A stretch of 63,184 nucleotides of DNA, the filler included, from Stramenopiles sp. TOSAG23-3 (Eukaryota), in assembly GCA_900128585.1 (NCBI GenBank). It is 12 parts of 12 records of this genome, joined end to end, with 100 filler letters (N's around TTAATTAATTAA, not from the genome) between each part and the next. Parts side by side here need not be neighbours in the genome. Positions count along the whole stretch, not along the records: positions 6,122 to 12,137 come from LT643393.1; positions 12,238 to 18,249 come from LT643394.1; positions 18,350 to 24,360 come from LT643395.1; 9 more parts are not named here. One strand, written 5' to 3'. The number at the start of each line of letters is the position of its first letter. Position 1 is the first letter of the stretch. The translations under genes and the position numbers were made by a program. Below the pieces are notes generated by a model. That model did not search any database. It saw nothing but the letters and a program-made list of their open reading frames with translations, and was not told the DNA's origin. Shown piece after piece: positions 10,501 to 21,936 of the stretch.

Positions 10501-12137
10501 GGCGGTTAAAGCTCGTTGATTTTCTAGGCAGTGTGGAAGACCAGGAAGGGAGGAAGAAATTGTTCAATACAGCGGATGCAGACAAAGGGGGCTCTGTGGA
10601 TAGAGTGGAAATGGCAAATGCAATCGTGGACATATTTGACCCAAGAACGTTTCAAAATTTGGACGCAAAACGCAACAGCATTGAACGGCAGCCATATATA
10701 CGGCCGGAAAACGACGATTATGGCAGACGGGTTGCGCCATACGCACGTTCTGCCAATGACGATTACTTCAAGGTGATTGCCAATTTTTTTTGTCCGGCTA
10801 AGGCAAAGACACACCCGTTCAACGACCAAGACGACCGGAACCGAAGAGTTAAGTTTAAAACCGAGGGAAAGATTGGGTATGGGTATATTACGAAAGTGAA
10901 CGAGAAAGATCAGAAAGTTTCGGTATGCGCAGATGGAATATCTGGGGCGAGCAATGATTTCATATATAAACTAAAAGGAAATATTGGAAGCGCGCCGGAC
11001 TTGCTGCTGAAAGAAGTTATAACCGTGGCATTCGGCCTGACTGGAATCCCATTCGGGCCTGTTCGATTGTTTCGTGGTTTGTTCCGCAACCTTAAAAAGC
11101 GGCAATACAAAACAACAATATATAAACTTAAACCTGGACAGCACAGTGGAAAGATCTGGTTGCAGAGAACAGCCAAGACCGCAGAATGTACCCTGGTGCG
11201 ACAAGAGACACAAGAGAAAGGGGGAAAGGTGATTGTTGAACTTTTGGACGATGATGCAATCAAAGACGTTAACGAGGCAATGATAGTGCCTAACGTGGAG
11301 GGCAACTTCGTCCGCATGGAGCCAAGGTTGGTCATGATAGACCCGGAAGAAATTGAGGAGCAAGAGAAAAAAATGAAAAAGAAGCGAAAAGGATCCGCGG
11401 CAAGTAAAGATAGTACTAAACCGAAAAAGAATTGTGAGAACAATATTGGAAATTCTCAGCAGCATGACTTTTTACCCTTTATTCATATTCCCGTTCGATA
11501 CGAGAAAGTAAAGGACGAACGCAGCGAAAAAGACAAATATATTGCTCGATATGACGCGGGGCCACGTATTTGGGTCGAAAATTTGAACGAAAACGATTTT
11601 GAGGATCGCATAAAGGACTTTGTGAACACGTATAGCACTGAAGTTGCTCGGTATAAAGATCTGAAGAACATTACTTTCTCACGTTCCCCACGGCACGAAT
11701 TGTGGCAAGAAGATACATTGGACTATGTCTGCAACACCCTGAAGCAGACGGACAAAGTTATGACGGTGCAACCGACGCACTCGATTCCGAGCTGAGCACA
11801 AACATTTTGACAATACTGGCCTCCTTCCAAGCCTCGAACGACTTACGCGACAAAAATGAAAATCAAAAGCTTTGCATGAAGGCAAGCGGCCTGGAAACCG
11901 TAAAATGTCACACAGATGGATGGGGCGTGGACAGCTACAATGAAATTACGAAGTTATGCATGCTTATAGATGGCGTTCGCTTCATTTGCTCGCAATCAAG
12001 CATGGCAGGGCTGAGAGAACTTGAGGTGCTGTGCAATGTTGTGGACCCCGACAAAAACATGGAAGAAGAAGAAGAAGAAGAAGAAGAAGAAGAAGAAGAA
12101 GAAGAAGAAGAAGAAGAAGAAGAAGAAGAAGAAGAAG
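7510..12137 (+). pseudogene. Large signal-peptide, multi-TM protein with EF-hand-like motifs, split by two -1 frameshifts (ORFs 7510-9228, 9216-11795, 11702-12137)
   Basis: Three overlapping same-strand ORFs with continuous coding-like composition. Features include a signal peptide (WWWAVALATLGFLAGPASA), a Cys-rich ectodomain, TM blocks and an EF-hand LFNTADADKGGSVDRVEM. It ends in (GAA)n at the contig end. Confidence 0.55.
8530..8661 (+). repeat. In-frame tandem duplication, 2 x 66 bp
   Basis: MMNTQKNKENGKKGIDEIDFIA followed by MMNTKKNKENGKNGIDEIDFIA. Confidence 0.9.
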
Positions 12138-12237
12138 NNNNNNNNNNNNNNNNNNNNNNNNNNNNNNNNNNNNNNNNNNNNTTAATTAATTAANNNNNNN
12201 NNNNNNNNNNNNNNNNNNNNNNNNNNNNNNNNNNNNN

Positions 12238-12355
12238 GGAATCGGTGCAGGGCTTCGTTAGATAAAGGATCCGTTTCGGTAGTTTCAAGCGTCGGCACAG
12301 ACCGTGGCAAGGGTCCATTCGCCTTCACAAACGTGAAGGCTCCGGTTGGGACCTG
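12238..12355 (-). repeat. 118-bp inverted duplicate of 15174-15291
   Basis: 3 mismatches in 118 bp. Both copies encode QVP[TA]GAFTFVKA[NI]GPLPRSVPTLETTETDPLSNEALHRF. Confidence 0.93.
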
Positions 12356-13150
12356 ATTCTTCGGCTTACGAACGTTTCTCCCGGCAGCGCTTTGCAAGCC
12401 CCCCCCTGTCACGTTTCCGGACCTTCGGCCCGTGTTGGCATTCACTCGGCCGCCCGCGGGGGCCCTCCGCGACGTCCCTGCGCCCTCGGACGTCAGCATA
12501 GAGAATGCCCCCCTTGAATTTTCATCCCCAGGCTCACTTTCTGATGGCGCATGACTCTGCACCGCGTCTTCCCCATCGGAGCGCTTGAGCCAGTGGCGAG
12601 ACATCCGGCGCTTGAACTGGTTGTGCCGCACTTCAAGGTCCTTCTCCGGTTCAGCTTTCAGGGCAATCCCTCGGCAGTAGATCTTGTCTGCCAAACTATA
12701 ACGATTCTTTTCTTCTTCCACGAGGGCCCACGCCACGTAGAAGAAGCTCAAATCTTGCCCAATTTTATTCGAGTACAAAAAGCGGAAAACTTCCGTGCTG
12801 TCGTCCAGTTCGTCCGCGAATTTCAGCCAAACCGAAAGGTATTTCAAATTGTTCCTATACTTTTCCACCTTGAACAGTGCCCTCATGCAGCGTTCGTACA
12901 GCGGCATGGCCTTTGCGCTTGAGTTTGGAAATTCCGTCTCTGCCCACTTGATGTACTTCAGCCACGTTCGTATGGGGTCCGTTCCCTCGTAATTGGCGAT
13001 GGCATTCTCGAACGCTTGCTTTTGCTCCTCCAGCCTCAGCTTTCGGGGATCTGCTGCGCCGCCAGCAGACAGGCTGGACTCGCCGTAGGCATTCAACTTT
13101 CGAACGTCCCGGCCTTTCGCCTGGGGGACGCGAGATTTAAATTTCGACAT
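12238..13150 (-). CDS. BUB1: BUB1/BUBR1/Mad3 N-terminal TPR-domain fragment (mosaic, 3'-partial)
   Basis: YEGTDPIRTWLKYIKW...YERC...KYRNNLKYLSVWLKFAD...FLYSNKIG...FYVAWA...RGI...AEP is the Mad3_BUB1_I signature. The N-terminal KEN box is absent. Confidence 0.8.
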
Positions 13151-13203
13151 GTCCAACCTATCAATTACTTGTTCACAAGCTTTTTTGACTTTAGCGTTGG
13201 TTT

Positions 13204-14175
13204 TCACGCATCCTCGATCGAATTCTCTTCTTCTTCCATCGAACTTTCTTCATCGTTCGCTTTGGCGCCTTCGGAAACCCCAGCATCCGCCTCATCGACA
13301 TGTGCAACAGGCTGACTTCCTCCACTGAGCTGTGGAAGTGTGACCACAGAACCTGCACTAGAGCCTTCCTCGTCTTTTTCAAGAACCATACCAAGACGGC
13401 CTTCTTCGTTTACATTTTCACCAAAAATTGTCGTACGATCTCGATTTATATAGTGCCCATGACATCTTCTTGTTTGAAAGTCTTCCCCCATAACATGTTT
13501 AATTTTATAACAAAATTTTTTTCCCTTTAATTTATCGATCATTTCTTCCAATCCTTTTGGCACTGTCTGTACCTCTAGTAGTAACAGATCACACACGGAC
13601 TCCAAATGGTCCTGCACAACATCTAAGTATGTAAGCTCCGTTGTTAATGTCACCTCTAGCAAGTAATCATTTAAGTCCTTTTTTTTATTGTAATATTGTA
13701 ACTTCACAAAACCTCTTTTGACATCGGATAGAATCAAATACAATCCAAGTTTATTTTCCCTTTGGTCGTTGTCAGGTCTTTTACGTTTACGATCTTGTTT
13801 CTGTTTGAATTTATGAAACTGGCGGTGTTCTCCACTCTCTTCAACCCAAATGTGTTTAATTGGAACGTCCCTCCGGCATACCAACCGAAAATCCCCCGGG
13901 CGGGGTTTGCATTTTAGTTTATTTCTTTGACCCGTCTTAAGTTTTAGTTCTTCAGACAGGGCTGTTCCATCATTTGTAGTCCACTTGTAGTCACCTCCTT
14001 CGTTTGTTTCAACCTCGATTTCCCAATGTCCACGATAAGGAATAATCGCTACTGTTTCTTCCCGACTCTCTTTGCTCAATTTGAATTCAGGGCTCAATTT
14101 ACTTTCTGACCTTCTGTTAGGGGCTTTGAGAGAGCTTTCGAAGTATCGAACTGTAACTTCCATATCTGAAGACAT
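13204..14175 (-). CDS. Hypothetical protein, AT-richer than its neighbours
   Basis: Long ORF with first ATG at 14175. Its TGA overlaps the GTG-initiated frame that leads into the BUB1 fragment. Confidence 0.5.
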   Translation of the reverse strand: MSSDMEVTVRYFESSLKAPNRRSESKLSPEFKLSKESREETVAIIPYRGHWEIEVETNEGGDYKWTTNDGTALSEELKLKTGQRNKLKCKPRPGDFRLVCRRDVPIKHIWVEESGEHRQFHKFKQKQDRKRKRPDNDQRENKLGLYLILSDVKRGFVKLQYYNKKKDLNDYLLEVTLTTELTYLDVVQDHLESVCDLLLLEVQTVPKGLEEMIDKLKGKKFCYKIKHVMGEDFQTRRCHGHYINRDRTTIFGENVNEEGRLGMVLEKDEEGSSAGSVVTLPQLSGGSQPVAHVDEADAGVSEGAKANDEESSMEEEENSIEDA

Positions 14176-14829
14176 CCTTACAAAACCTGGGAAAATGCGG
14201 TGCCCTTTGTGGCATGACAAGGCGCACAACTGAAAATATTAAGAATAAAACGAAATAAAAATGGAACGCTTGCATAGTTGTGCTTAGCTAGTGTAGCTTG
14301 CTAATTTCTCCCTTTCGCAATCCAACTTTTTTAGATTAGATTCTCGTTCTCTAATTTATTACCAAGTATAATAATAAAAAAATACCACATCATCATATTA
14401 TTAGAATATAAAAATAATAAATAATAGTCTACTGTAATAAAAAAAAAAAAGAAAAAAAAAAAATAATCATCATCAGTATCACATAACACCACGCACACGA
14501 AAAGGGAACAACAGAAACATCAAGAAAAAAAGAGGAAGAAGAAAGAAAAAAGAGAAGAGGTAGATTAAAATAAAAGAGAGGGGGGGGGCTTAGTCTATTC
14601 AAAACAAACACGCACAAAAAACACTCTTTTTGTTTTACCAGTTTGAACAAATTGAGACTTGCTCACAAATGTCACAATTGCTCAAATCTACTCATCTACC
14701 ATATGTGAACACTATTTTTACCCAATTTTGGAGTTTTTGAGCATGCTCAAACCCCAAATATAAGGTTCTTTGAGCATTGTTCAAATATATTATAATATTC
14801 TCTTTTTATAACATGAACACAGTATTGGT

Positions 14830-14862
<33 letters not shown>

Positions 14863-15002
14863 TTTTCCGTAGTAAGTTTTGTTTCTTTTTCGTTCTTAAT
14901 ATCAAGAAGTAACACCACAAATAAAAAAACAAGAAGCTAATCTATCTACTAACACAAGTTATATCCAACAAACAAAAACAAATTCACTTACATCGTTCTA
15001 GT

Positions 15003-18000
15003 ATGTTAAAGTATACACATTATTCATTACCAACTTTGCTGATCTTGGTGATCATCGCTGTGGAGGCAAACGGCCACCAGTCTGTACCGACCCTTGAAAC
15101 TTTACCTAATGAAGTAGTTCACCGATTCCTCCGTGGCGTTCCAGAGGGCCCAAGAAAGGCGCGCGGCGCCCCCCAGGTCCCAGCCGGAGCCTTCACGTTT
15201 GTGAAGGCGATAGGACCCTTGCCACGGTCTGTGCCGACGCTTGAAACTACCGAAACGGATCCTTTATCTAACGAAGCCCTGCACCGATTCCCTTATGTCG
15301 CCGCCGAAACAAGCCACGAGCACGACGCAAAAAGGGAAACCAAAATACAACACCGTATCACAGGAAAAGATCGGTGATGTAGGCTACATTGCCAAACAAG
15401 AGGCGCTCCCGATATTGATAAAACAGGTGCAGGCACAAATCGAGACGGGGTTCCAAAAGCAATTTGAAGAGATTCAATTTGCAGACCTCAATGAACAAAC
15501 GAATGGAGCAAACCCGTGTGCTGACTACTTCGATAGCCACGCCTACAAGACTGAAAAAACTACCGCTTCAAACGGTAAATTTGTGAAGACAAGGACCATT
15601 AAGGTCGACCACATAAATGCAACAATAGTTGAGCCGACACAGAATGCACACTCAATTGGTTCAATCCGCGTGGACGCAAAGGCCAGTGTGTCTGCACAAG
15701 GGCACATACTTCTTCGCTGTACGCTGTGGGACAGGACCATCACAAAAAAGGTGTGTGATAGTGATGTCACGTACAACGGTGGCATTGATTTAGTAGCCGA
15801 CGTTGATGTCCAAAACATCAATGGTGTCTTCAGAATCAGCGTCAACCCAACAGCAAAGGTAAAGATGAAAGCATCGACTACGTGCCAAAAAATCGACTTT
15901 TTACATGGTTTAATTTCATATGAAATTGGAAATGCCGTCGCAGACGGCATTACACCAGTAGCAAACGCGTATGTGAAAGAAGCAATCGAAACTTGGTCCC
16001 TTCGACTCAACATGGACCAAGCATACGCAGTGCACAAAGGTCTGGTAGTGTTTTACAGAACAGCCAATATCACGTTTATTCCAAAGCGGCGTATATTGGT
16101 GTCATCATTGCTTTTGATCAATGTGACGAAGGTGAACGAAACTAAAACATTTTCCAGCGCCTTGACACATTCACGACTTCCACCCGACTGGGGAAGAGAA
16201 CGTAGCAATGATACATTGGTCACCCTGGTCATGTCAAATGCTGCGTTAGAAACCCTCTCTGCAGCCGCGAGGTATTCGTACTCGTCTGTGTTTACACACG
16301 AGAGCAATGTTGGGGGGGCGGCAATCGTTACCAGCATCGAGCTGGGGAAAACGACAATACCAGCAAAGCAGCCCAGTCTCAATTTTATATCTATGTTGCA
16401 AAACCAAGTTGGTGTAACATTGCAGTGTAGAACCGTTGGCAACGCTACCAGGCGCATGGACATTCTTCGAGCACAGTTGAACAATGTCAAAGAAGAGATC
16501 ATGCCATTCTTCGTCAACCAGTCAATTCGCCTCAGTTTGTCTAACTTGAGTGTCAAACAAGCTGTCGTTCGTACGAAGCTTGATAAAGTAATTCTGTCGA
16601 AAAGGCAGATAAAGAATTCACTCTCCACCACGTTAAGTGAAACGCGGCAGTCGATTGACAGGCAGTTAAGATCGTCTGCAATTGCGCCGATATCAAAACG
16701 TCTATTACCGAACGGCACTAGACCGGTTCTTACGGTGGGCAAGAGGTTTATTCAGGTCGAGTTAAGCAACAACAAAAACGTTCCCAACGATAAACCGACA
16801 AGGACAATTTTCAGCCCGAAAAACCCGGTCAAGCCGAACGATCCCTCGCGGATACAGTTCGGTGCTGAAATTGCTATTGGTATAGCTAATTTCGCAATGC
16901 TCGTATTTCTTGCGTGGCTGCTTTGGTGTGGTTACAGACACACTGAGCACAAACGAGAGCATAACAACCGGGTGTGGCTACTTGTCTTCTCTGGCATCAC
17001 CTTAGCGTATGTGATAGTGGTATTGGCATTAAATCTAAAACAAAGATGGGCCTTGCCCTTCCTTATACCCTGTTTCGGACTGCTCCTTGTTCAGTTGTTT
17101 GAAATAAAGTTTACGACCGATACTTTCCACGATCATGTGGCCAAAGTTGTTCCATGGTTACTGATCATCCTCATCATTGGGGCGGGTTTGTGCGGTTCAC
17201 AATCGACTCCTGCCAATTCAGTTACTAGTTTTGGTGACTCCAATCCTGAAGTTCAAAAATACCCCGAAAAGGTTCGGGATTTGATCAGCGCATCCAGCTA
17301 CATGTTTATCGTTTTATTTATGCTCCCGGTTGTTTTAACGATACCAAAAATATTAGATGGTTCACAGAATGTCAACGGCCAAGAAAAAAGCAAAAATGCT
17401 TTCTTGAACGAAATGGTGGTTACATTAATGATGAGTGTGCCTGTGATTTTGAGCTTCGGGCTTTTGAAATACCAAGATCAGCAGGGTGGAAAATTCATTT
17501 TCCCATTCGCAGTGATGTCATTTATGTACGTCGTGTTTCTTTTCATATATCGCAAATGTACCGGTGCTTGTGTTAAGTATTCAGCATGTGCTTTGATCGT
17601 CGCGACCGTTGCATGTTTTTCATGGTCATGTCTTGAAAGTCAAGCAGGCGTCGTGGAAATAACGGGAGCTGCAATCGTGGCGTTTGTGTGCCTTTTCATG
17701 CAACAACTGGGCCCAAGCGAAAATTTGACATCTGTTCGTCCAAATACCGTGCCCACAGATGAGAGACGACCACGAGGGGAATTGTCTCCGACTGTGTGCG
17801 AGATGAATCTGTGGCAAAACATACAGGTTTGCTTCCGCAACATTCACGCATGGGCCTTGGAGAAGGATGGGGACGATCCACAAATTCGAAAAATTTTGTG
17901 TAGAAGAATCACATCTTGCTTAAGTGTGGTTCTTTACCTAGTTTTTGACGAGACCTTTCGTATAGTCTCCTCGTTTTATAACCATTCGATATCATGCGAC

Positions 18001-18015
18001 CACCGATCAGTTTAG
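15003..18015 (+). pseudogene. Signal peptide, BPI/LBP (TULIP)-like ectodomain and multi-TM C-terminus, with a +1 frameshift near 15370
   Basis: ORF 15003-15377 carries the signal peptide and ends RITGKDR*. ORF 15241-18015 continues VGYIAKQEALPILIKQV. Together they resemble the BPI/LBP start RITxKGLDYxxQxxLPIL. Beta-rich domains and roughly ten TM segments follow. Confidence 0.5.
15174..15291 (+). repeat. 118-bp inverted duplicate of 12238-12355
   Basis: Direct alignment, 3 mismatches. Confidence 0.93.
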
Positions 18016-18350
18016 TTTTGGTAGCCCGTGGACTATTTTCTTTCTCCATCTCCCACAGGAGTGAAGGGGTTCGCGGATGCGTTCCCGTCGCTGATGCGGA
18101 TCAGCGAACTGACTAAAGCAAACAAAAGAAAAAAAACGCGGCTGGCTTAGAACTATTCCGACTGTTTATCTAAAGAATAAGTAGAACGGTAGCTTCACAG
18201 TTATAACAAGTTAAGAGTAGTTTACATAAGTTAGGCTCCAGCTTTTAGCNNNNNNNNNNNNNNNNNNNNNNNNNNNNNNNNNNNNNNNNNNNNTTAATTA
18301 ATTAANNNNNNNNNNNNNNNNNNNNNNNNNNNNNNNNNNNNNNNNNNNNT

Positions 18351-19265
18351 GTACAAGTCGTGTACAAGGACTATACAGAAAAGCCAACCTGCTGGGCAAT
18401 AACGCCAGACAGATTGGCTTTAAAATGTGAATTGTGTTGCAAAGACGGTTACGACAAGTCGGGCACAAAAATGCGCTCTGCCTGCGTACAATGTGCTGTC
18501 GACAACTGCACTAAGGCCTTTCATGTGACATGCGCACATGATAGCGTTGACTATCATATGGAAATGGATTTCAAAAGTTTAAAATTTGATTTTCTGTGTG
18601 CAGTACACACTCGAGCTGCTCGGCGAAAAACATTTGGAAGGAGGAAAAAAAGAAAACGGGAGGAAAAAACTGTGTCGCCTCTTCACTGTTCAGCAGGATC
18701 TTCGTCTGCTCAATCAGTGTCCATGCCCGAGCAAGGCAGAGCCAAAGCAGAAAGCCTTACGCGATTGTTTGGAGAAAACAATGTTGGTGAAAATATTTTT
18801 CACAAAGACGATATGGCCCAGCTGGTCAAGCACCTTCCCTTCCTGGCGCCGCGTGACATTGCCCTCAAGACGAGGATCTTGAAGGCCTTGGTGAAGTCCC
18901 CCCTTGCATGCATTGTCTTTTGCGCATGGCTAGTAGAAATAAAATGCACTGCCCAGGTCGAGCAGAAATTGTTTTTTAAATCTTTTTTAAATTTTGTGGG
19001 GTTGATGAATATTGGGTTAGGCCAGATAATTTGTTTTAAAATTGGGCACGTTGATGCTAATGGAAAGGTGCTGTACTTGCACCACTTGGTGAAGGATTTT
19101 GTAGATGGGGGAACGGAAGACTCTGTTCTGTATTATACTGCAAATGACCTTGTCTCAAGATGGACAAAAGAATTGCAATGTTTTGCATCGAGCAAAATTG
19201 TAAAGAGGCTCCTACGTGAGAGAAAAAAAGAGAGGAGTGGGGGCAGCAGCGAAGCCTTGCAGTAA
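18351..19265 (+). CDS. Extended PHD (zf-HC5HC2H) chromatin protein with a possible TFIIS-N-like C-terminal domain, 5'-partial
   Basis: CELC...ACVQC...C..AFHVTCA...FLCAVH, a basic NLS, and a C-terminal ANDLVSRW. Confidence 0.75.
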   Translation, partial: VQVVYKDYTEKPTCWAITPDRLALKCELCCKDGYDKSGTKMRSACVQCAVDNCTKAFHVTCAHDSVDYHMEMDFKSLKFDFLCAVHTRAARRKTFGRRKKRKREEKTVSPLHCSAGSSSAQSVSMPEQGRAKAESLTRLFGENNVGENIFHKDDMAQLVKHLPFLAPRDIALKTRILKALVKSPLACIVFCAWLVEIKCTAQVEQKLFFKSFLNFVGLMNIGLGQIICFKIGHVDANGKVLYLHHLVKDFVDGGTEDSVLYYTANDLVSRWTKELQCFASSKIVKRLLRERKKERSGGSSEALQ

Positions 19266-19483
19266 ATAATCTAAATAATAATAANNNNNNNNNNNNNNNN
19301 NNNNNNNNNNNNNNNNNNNNNNNNNNNNNNNNNNNNNNNNNNNNNNNNNNNNNNNNNNNNNNNNNNNNAAGTAGTAGTTGTATGGAACGCACTATCTTTA
19401 AGAAATCAAAGGTTTGACGAAAATACAGCATTTGCAGTCGATTCATTGAAAACAGAGCGGAGGGGCACCAGTGTAAATGTGGC

Positions 19484-20920
19484 ATGAGCCTTTTTCACCC
19501 AAGCACCACACTACTGCTCTGCCTGCTGCTACCCATCGTTTTTGGGCAGCCGTCAGCATCAAATGAACCGCCCCTCAGGGCAACGAGAAAATCCTTCGCG
19601 TTTGAATGGTGCGACTGCGAGACAGGGGCGAACAATGTAACCGTTTGGCCAATAATGCAGGACGGGAACAAAGATGTGGCCAACAAGATCATAATTGGGG
19701 CCGGGAAAGCTCCATTGTACATAGAGTGGAAAAACAAGGTAAAAGCAATTGGATGGGTCTGTAGTAATATGAAAAAAGAACATCGTTCGACGGTACTGGG
19801 AGGGTCTAAAGTTTGGAGCGTCCAGTTAAAAAATATTAAAAAGCCATTTCCGTGTAGCAAAGCGTCCGGCCGACTCCACGTAGTAACGTACGATTCAGTT
19901 TCCTACAACACGTCGATTGTGTTTTCGAGTGGAGAAGGCGGATACGAATGCATCAAAATTCCAGTTCTTCTCCGCACCCTAGAAAATAGTCTTCTGGCGT
20001 TTGCAGAGGCAAGAAAACACTCTTGCTCCGACTTTGCTTGGACCGATCTAGTCGTTAAGAGATCAGTCGATAACGGGTTGACTTGGTCGCCTTTGCTGGT
20101 GGTGCGATCGGAAAGCGGTCCAGGGCTACCACATACAGTCATCGGCAACGCGGCCCCGGTCCAATTGAAGGCGAGTCGGAAAATCCTGGTGCCGCATACA
20201 AGCAACAACAGCATTGCATGGTGCACCGCCAGCACGGACGATGGTCAAACGTGGTCCAAAGCAGCAAGTCTTGAAAATGTTACCAAGCCGGAATGGAAGT
20301 GGATAGGTACAGGTCCACCGGGCTCAGTTGAACTGGAGAACGGACGTATCCTCGTCCCCTCGTACCACTCAAAATATAGAGGCAACTTAATAAACAACAT
20401 TGTCCACGGGCACGTGATCGTAAGCGATGATGAAGGAGAATCTTGGCGCTTGGGTGCTACTCAATTTGGAGAGGGGGACAAGTGCAGCAACGAGTGCCAA
20501 GCCGTTCAGCTCAACAATGGAAGTGTTCTGATAAATGCAAGATCGTTTGCTACTTTAACAAAACAGAAAAGGATACAAACGCTGTCGAACGACGGTGGTC
20601 TGACGTTCGGGCCCACCAGGTGGGTGGACGATTTGCCGCAACCTTTTGATGGGTGTGAAGGTTCAATGATCCGTTTGCCCCAGAATGGTTCACTGTATTT
20701 CTCTGGCCCGGACAGCTATTTGAAACGGGACCATTTGACCGTTTGGAAAAGTGAAAATGAAGGGCTTTCGTGGGAAACGTATGTTTTAGTCGATCCCGGG
20801 GCGAGTGGCTACAGCTCATTACAAACTCACGAGAATGTTTTGGAACTATTATACGAACAGAGCGACGAGGACGATTTAATCATGGCCCCCGACAGGTTCG
20901 TTTACCGTGTGGTTGTTTAA
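19484..20920 (+). CDS. Secreted sialidase/neuraminidase (GH33, BNR/Asp-box repeats)
   Basis: Signal peptide, IKIP (FRIP-like), AFAEAR, Asp boxes SVDNGLTW, STDDGQTW, SDDEGESW, SNDGGLTF and SENEGLSW, and C-terminal GYSSL...LLYE. Confidence 0.9.
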   Translation: MSLFHPSTTLLLCLLLPIVFGQPSASNEPPLRATRKSFAFEWCDCETGANNVTVWPIMQDGNKDVANKIIIGAGKAPLYIEWKNKVKAIGWVCSNMKKEHRSTVLGGSKVWSVQLKNIKKPFPCSKASGRLHVVTYDSVSYNTSIVFSSGEGGYECIKIPVLLRTLENSLLAFAEARKHSCSDFAWTDLVVKRSVDNGLTWSPLLVVRSESGPGLPHTVIGNAAPVQLKASRKILVPHTSNNSIAWCTASTDDGQTWSKAASLENVTKPEWKWIGTGPPGSVELENGRILVPSYHSKYRGNLINNIVHGHVIVSDDEGESWRLGATQFGEGDKCSNECQAVQLNNGSVLINARSFATLTKQKRIQTLSNDGGLTFGPTRWVDDLPQPFDGCEGSMIRLPQNGSLYFSGPDSYLKRDHLTVWKSENEGLSWETYVLVDPGASGYSSLQTHENVLELLYEQSDEDDLIMAPDRFVYRVVV

Positions 20921-20993
20921 TCATTTTGAGAAATGCGATGATGGGGGTGATCACACACATAAAAGTGAGTTGTGTTTTATTTTTTAATTAAAC

Positions 20994-21045
20994 TATGATA
21001 TCATATGATATGATAAAAGCATCTCAGTTCAGCTATTAAAAGTTA
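20994..21045. repeat. 3'-intergenic palindromic module C (TATCATATGATA) with diverged tail
   Basis: Lies between the convergent sialidase and SCO1 stops. Similar to 38511-38556 and 55601-55612. Confidence 0.65.
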
Positions 21046-21153
21046 GTGTTCTTATGCGCATAATTATGTCCACCATAGCAAATTATTTTTAATTCTCGTG
21101 AAAAAATTACTGGTGCAGAAGATCGAATAGATTAGTTCCAGCACGCGCCTCAT

Positions 21154-21936
21154 TCACTCCGGCCCATCGTACTCGGAAAGGAAGGTGCTGACGCGCTGTA
21201 CTATTGTTTTCGTCTCCACACTTTGGGTGAACAAATCGACGAATTTCCCCCGGGGGTCCATCAAATACAGCACGATTGTATGGTCAACGCTGTAATCTTC
21301 TTCATCATCGTCATCGACTACTTCGTCCACTTTGCTCCAATATACCCGGTAGGCTTTGGCAGCGCGCTTTACCTGGTCGGGCGTCCCAGTAAAGTAGTTT
21401 ATTTTGGGGTGAAAATCATGCTGGTACTGGTTCATCTGACCAACCGTGTCGCGCCGAGGGTCAATGGAAATAAACACTGGTTCGACCAATCCTTTGGTCT
21501 TCTCGTCCCCTTCTAATGCGTCCATGATGTTTCCAATTTTCACCAATTCGTTCGGGCATATGTCTGGGCAATGAGTAAATCCGAAATAAACTAGCTGAAA
21601 TTTTCCAAAAAAATTTTTGTCGGTGGTCACGTTTCCGTTCACGTCGACCAGTGTCCACGGGCCGCCAATGGCTGCGTCGCCGACAGTGGTCACTTTCGTG
21701 CTCTTCACTTGCGTCAAACGTCGCTCCTTTTCGTACTGGTAATACCCGACCACACTAGCGCCAACCCCCATGGCGATCAGCATACCCCCCCACGATACGG
21801 GTGCCTTTACCCCACCCCCCGCAGAGAAGGGCATCTGTCCGTAAACACGCGGCCACCTGGGCAACGGTTTGTGACCAGTTGTCCGTCCGACGGTGGACAA
21901 AATTGCCTTGTTTGCCAAGAACCGTCTCATCATCAT
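21154..21936 (-). CDS. SCO1: Mitochondrial copper chaperone SCO1/SenC
   Basis: Transit peptide, TM, IGGPWTL, YFGFTHCPDICP and YSVDH. Confidence 0.95.
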   Translation of the reverse strand: MMMRRFLANKAILSTVGRTTGHKPLPRWPRVYGQMPFSAGGGVKAPVSWGGMLIAMGVGASVVGYYQYEKERRLTQVKSTKVTTVGDAAIGGPWTLVDVNGNVTTDKNFFGKFQLVYFGFTHCPDICPNELVKIGNIMDALEGDEKTKGLVEPVFISIDPRRDTVGQMNQYQHDFHPKINYFTGTPDQVKRAAKAYRVYWSKVDEVVDDDDEEDYSVDHTIVLYLMDPRGKFVDLFTQSVETKTIVQRVSTFLSEYDGPE

